Assembly (NCBI GenBank): GCA_032718475.1
Contig: JAUCBJ010007113.1
Location: 6,513-70,512, forward strand
DNA length: 64,000 nt
Source: Nemertoderma westbladi
Taxonomy: Eukaryota > Animalia > Xenacoelomorpha
Reading direction: 5' to 3'
Shown here: in pieces, positions 60,901-64,000 of the stretch
How positions within the stretch are numbered: position 1 is the stretch's first letter
How the letters are laid out: every line of letters starts with the position of its first letter
Program-made: the position numbers and the translations under genes
Notes under the pieces: generated by a model
The model's database searches: none
What the model was told of the DNA's origin: nothing
What the model saw: the letters and a program-made list of their open reading frames with translations, nothing else

Positions 60901-62178
60901 CCAGTACGGTTTTAGAAAAAACACTCTACTACTCATGCACTGATTGATGTTGTGCATAAATAACCAGTACGGTTTTAGAAAAAACACTCTACTACTCATG
61001 CACTGATTGATGTTGTGCATAAATAACCAGTACGGTTTTAGAAAAAAACACTCTACTACTCATGCACAGATTGATGTTGTGCATAAATAACCAGTACGGT
61101 TTTAGAAAAAACACTCTACTACTCATGCACCGATTGATGTTGTGCATAAATAACCAGTACGGTTTTAGAAAAAAACACTCTACTACTCATGCACCGATTG
61201 ATGTTGTGCATAAATAACCAGTACGGTTTTAGAAAAAACACTCTACTACTCATGCACTGATTGATGTTGTGCATAAATAACCAGTACTGTTTTAGAAAAA
61301 AACACTCCACTACAGTACTCATGCACTGATTGATGTTGTGCATAAATAACCAGTACGGTTTTAGAAAAAACACTCTAGTACTCATGCACTGATTGATGTT
61401 GTGCATAAATAACCAGTACGGTTTTAGAAAAAACACTCTACTACTCATGTACTGATTGATGTTGTGCATAAATAACCAGTACGGTTTTAGAAAAAACACT
61501 CTAGTACTCATGCACTGATTGATGTTGTGCATAAATAACCAGTACGGTTTTAGAAAAAACACTCTACTACTCATGCACCGATTGATGTTGTGCATAAATA
61601 ACCAGTACGGTTTTAGAAAAAAACACTCCACTACAGTACTCATGCACTGATTGATGTTGTGCATAAATAACCAGTACGGTTTTAGAAAAAACACTCTAGT
61701 ACTCATGCACTGATTGATGTTGTGCATAAATAACCAGTACGGTTTTAGAAAAAACACTCTACTACTCATGCACCGATTGATGTTGTGCATAAATAACCAG
61801 TACGGTTTTAGAAAAAACACTCTAGTACTCATGCACTGATTGATGTTGTGCATAAATAACCAGTACGGTTTTAGAAAAAACACTCTACTACTCATGCACC
61901 GATTGATGTTGTGCATAAATAACCAGTACGGTTTTAGAAAAAACACTCTAGTACTCATGCACTGATTGATGTTGTGCATAAATAACCAGTACGGTTTTAG
62001 AAAAAACACTCTACTACTCATGCACTGATTGATGTTGTGCATAAATAACCAGTACGGTTTTAGAAAAAACACTCTACTACTCATGCACCGATTGATGTTG
62101 TGCATAAATAACCAGTACGGTTTTAGAAAAAAACACTCCACTACAGTACTCATGCACTGATTGATGTTGTGCATAAAT
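60901..62178. repeat. Tandem array E, ~63-bp unit x~20, derived from the RT segment QYGFRKKHSTTHALIDVVHK
   Basis: Directly visible. RT sequence continues collinearly on both sides. Confidence 0.97.
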
Positions 62179-63322
62179 TACAAGCAGCACTTGATGAAGA
62201 AAGGACATCCTGTGGCCTAGTCGATCTCCGCAAAGCTTTCGATACGATAGACCACAAAATTATCTTGTCAAAGTTGGAATCATATGGTGTACGTGGTACA
62301 ACACTCAAATTATTAACGAACTACCTGTGTTCTAGAACGCAGTGTGTTAAACTAAAACTGTGTACGATCTTCTTATTTACCCATAGTAACAGGTGTACCC
62401 AGGGTTCTATCTTGGGACCACTATTGTTCTTGTTATATATAATTGATTTGCCATTATCCACTTCTCTCTCAACTGTTTTATTTGCTGATGATGCCAATCT
62501 ATTTGGATGTCATCATTTAGCATCCAATCTTATTAATATTGAGACCTTGACCTGGAAAGTTTTTCAGACTGGGACAATCCAACAGATTATCTGTGAATGT
62601 TTCAAAAACGGCATACTCTATATTTAGTACCAACCCTCGTAGCCTTGAGTCCTTACCGAGAGTAAAGATTAAGGACTAAATTCTAGAATGTAAAAATAAT
62701 GTAAAATATCTTGGTGTTTTTATAGACTCTACTGTAAATAACCGGATAAATAATATAAGTAACAGGATAAATATGAGGTGAAGCAGTGCTAGCCGGGAGG
62801 TGGTTTAATAACACACCTCAGGGGAGAGGCTAGCACAGGGCAAATGGGAACATGGAGTTACAGGAGTGGGGCAAACCGACCAATGGGAGGGCCACAGTTG
62901 GCAAGTATAACTTGTATCTATTGGTTAGTCGCCAAGTAGTTAGGACTGTGTAATAAGTTTCCCCATAACTTCCATATATCTGTTGGTCAATATCAATTGT
63001 GTTCAGTTGGCTATTAATTACTGTGGATGTTGGACAGTTTTTCACCATTACCCGTAATACCTATTGATTGTGCTGTAATCTGTCTACCGGTACATATATA
63101 TATATCAGCTAATATTAACAATGATAAACCAATAACTCTTGTATTTTACCGGCCTACGGCCTTCAGCCTTCATAATCACCTGAAACGTGGCTACGCGTAC
63201 AGTAGTAATCCACGACATCGATTAATCCGGTCAGGATCCCTCGCCAACTCGGATCCCGTCACAATAAGGGTCCTCACTCTAATATGGAATGCAATTGGCC
63301 CTGAACTAACCCCCACCCCACA

Positions 63323-63353
<31 letters not shown>

Positions 63354-63354
63354 C

Positions 63355-64000
63355 TATGGACCATCACACTAGAGGCCCGCTTCTGTAACTGTAAGTTTCA
63401 CAGGCATAGGCGTAAGTCCCCTGCTTTAGGACCAATGGGGCACTAAAAGTGCCACCATAGCGTAGCGGAGTAGGTCCCAAGCGTTAGGACTTTGAGTGCG
63501 TTTGATTCAAGATATTTAGTTTCTGTACACCTTGGTTAAGTCCACTGCCATGAAAGAGGGGACTGCAGATTTTTATAACTTCGTTTTAGTGGGATAGACT
63601 AAAGTGTGGTGGTACTTATTGTATCCGATTGTGGGCTTTCTACAGTATCTTGGCTATATCTGTAAGAATTCTTCAGAGTTTCACAAGCTTTTCTATTCTG
63701 ATGATTGAACAAACGACCTTAATGTTGGTAGGTAGACCCCTAAGGACCTGCGACCTTGACTTGCAAGACTTAAACGAACCCACTAACTCCTGTGTCAGCG
63801 GTACAGACCTATCAAACGGAACCCACTAACTCTTGTGTCAGCGGTACAGATCTATCAAACGGAACCCACTAACTCCTGTGTCAGCGGTACAGACCTATCA
63901 AACGGAACCCACTAACTCCTGTGTCAATGGTACAGACCTATCAAACTGTACGCGCTTTTGAAGACCTTTAGCAGTTTAACCTGCCAAAATTTATATGTCT
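63355..64000 (-). mobile_element. Probable decayed LINE RT fragment (domain 5 to C-terminus)
   Basis: Minus-strand remnants DI*ILAG*TAKGLQ (post-YADD-like), YSATLWW and LQKRASSV. Heavily degenerate. Confidence 0.4.
63774..63946. repeat. Tandem array F, 43-bp unit x4 (ACGGAACCCACTAACTCCTGTGTCAGCGGTACAGACCTATCAA)
   Basis: Period 43 (cactaac at 63781 and 63824). AAAC microhomology at both ends. Confidence 0.92.

Larger units (their letters stand above)
55800..62750 (+). mobile_element. Decayed CR1/L2-group LINE (APE+RT), interrupted by an RTE insertion and array E
   Basis: FNIIAISETFL, GVAVYL and VVVGTIYR precede 56140. After 59897: ILLGDFNVDLL, PWITKGIL, YRPISLLP, QYGFRK, VDLRKAFDTIDH, QGSILGPLLF, LFADD, KYLGVFID. 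Confidence 0.88.

Noticed and set aside
61119-62174. 351-aa minus-strand ORF
   Set aside because: It is an antisense read-through of a 63-bp (multiple of 3) repeat derived from a plus-strand RT, with no independent coding evidence.
7651-63351. Long poly-C tracts (~7651, 22878, 22926, 41693, 63325) and a Chi-like GCTGGGTGG in array D
   Set aside because: At least one tract lies inside a MITE, none sits at an array boundary, and the Chi-like word is simply GSS codons and is absent from the other arrays.

Overview
This is AT-rich, intron-containing animal-type genomic DNA, not prokaryotic; the taxon cannot be determined from the sequence. Two host genes are supportable, both on the minus strand. 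One is an intact eukaryotic glutathione synthetase with an intronless CDS (53273-54649). The other is the first three coding exons of a synaptotagmin-14-like gene (23782-23827, 19592-19783, 16652-16798), which the ORF track misses. The rest is mostly decayed and nested mobile DNA: three copies of one RTE LINE family, other LINEs, a Penelope (RT+GIY-YIG) element, tRNA-derived SINEs and several MITEs with TIRs/TSDs. The most striking feature is six unrelated tandem arrays totalling about 23 kb. At least three, and probably all, are in-place amplifications of the local sequence. Five of the six have 43-47-bp units. The largest (~10.5 kb, ~240 units) is built from the last 14 codons plus stop codon of the glutathione synthetase gene. 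Two others, and probably a third, are built from pieces of LINE reverse-transcriptase coding sequence. All coordinates and counts were made by eye; family assignments come from recalled motifs, not database searches.
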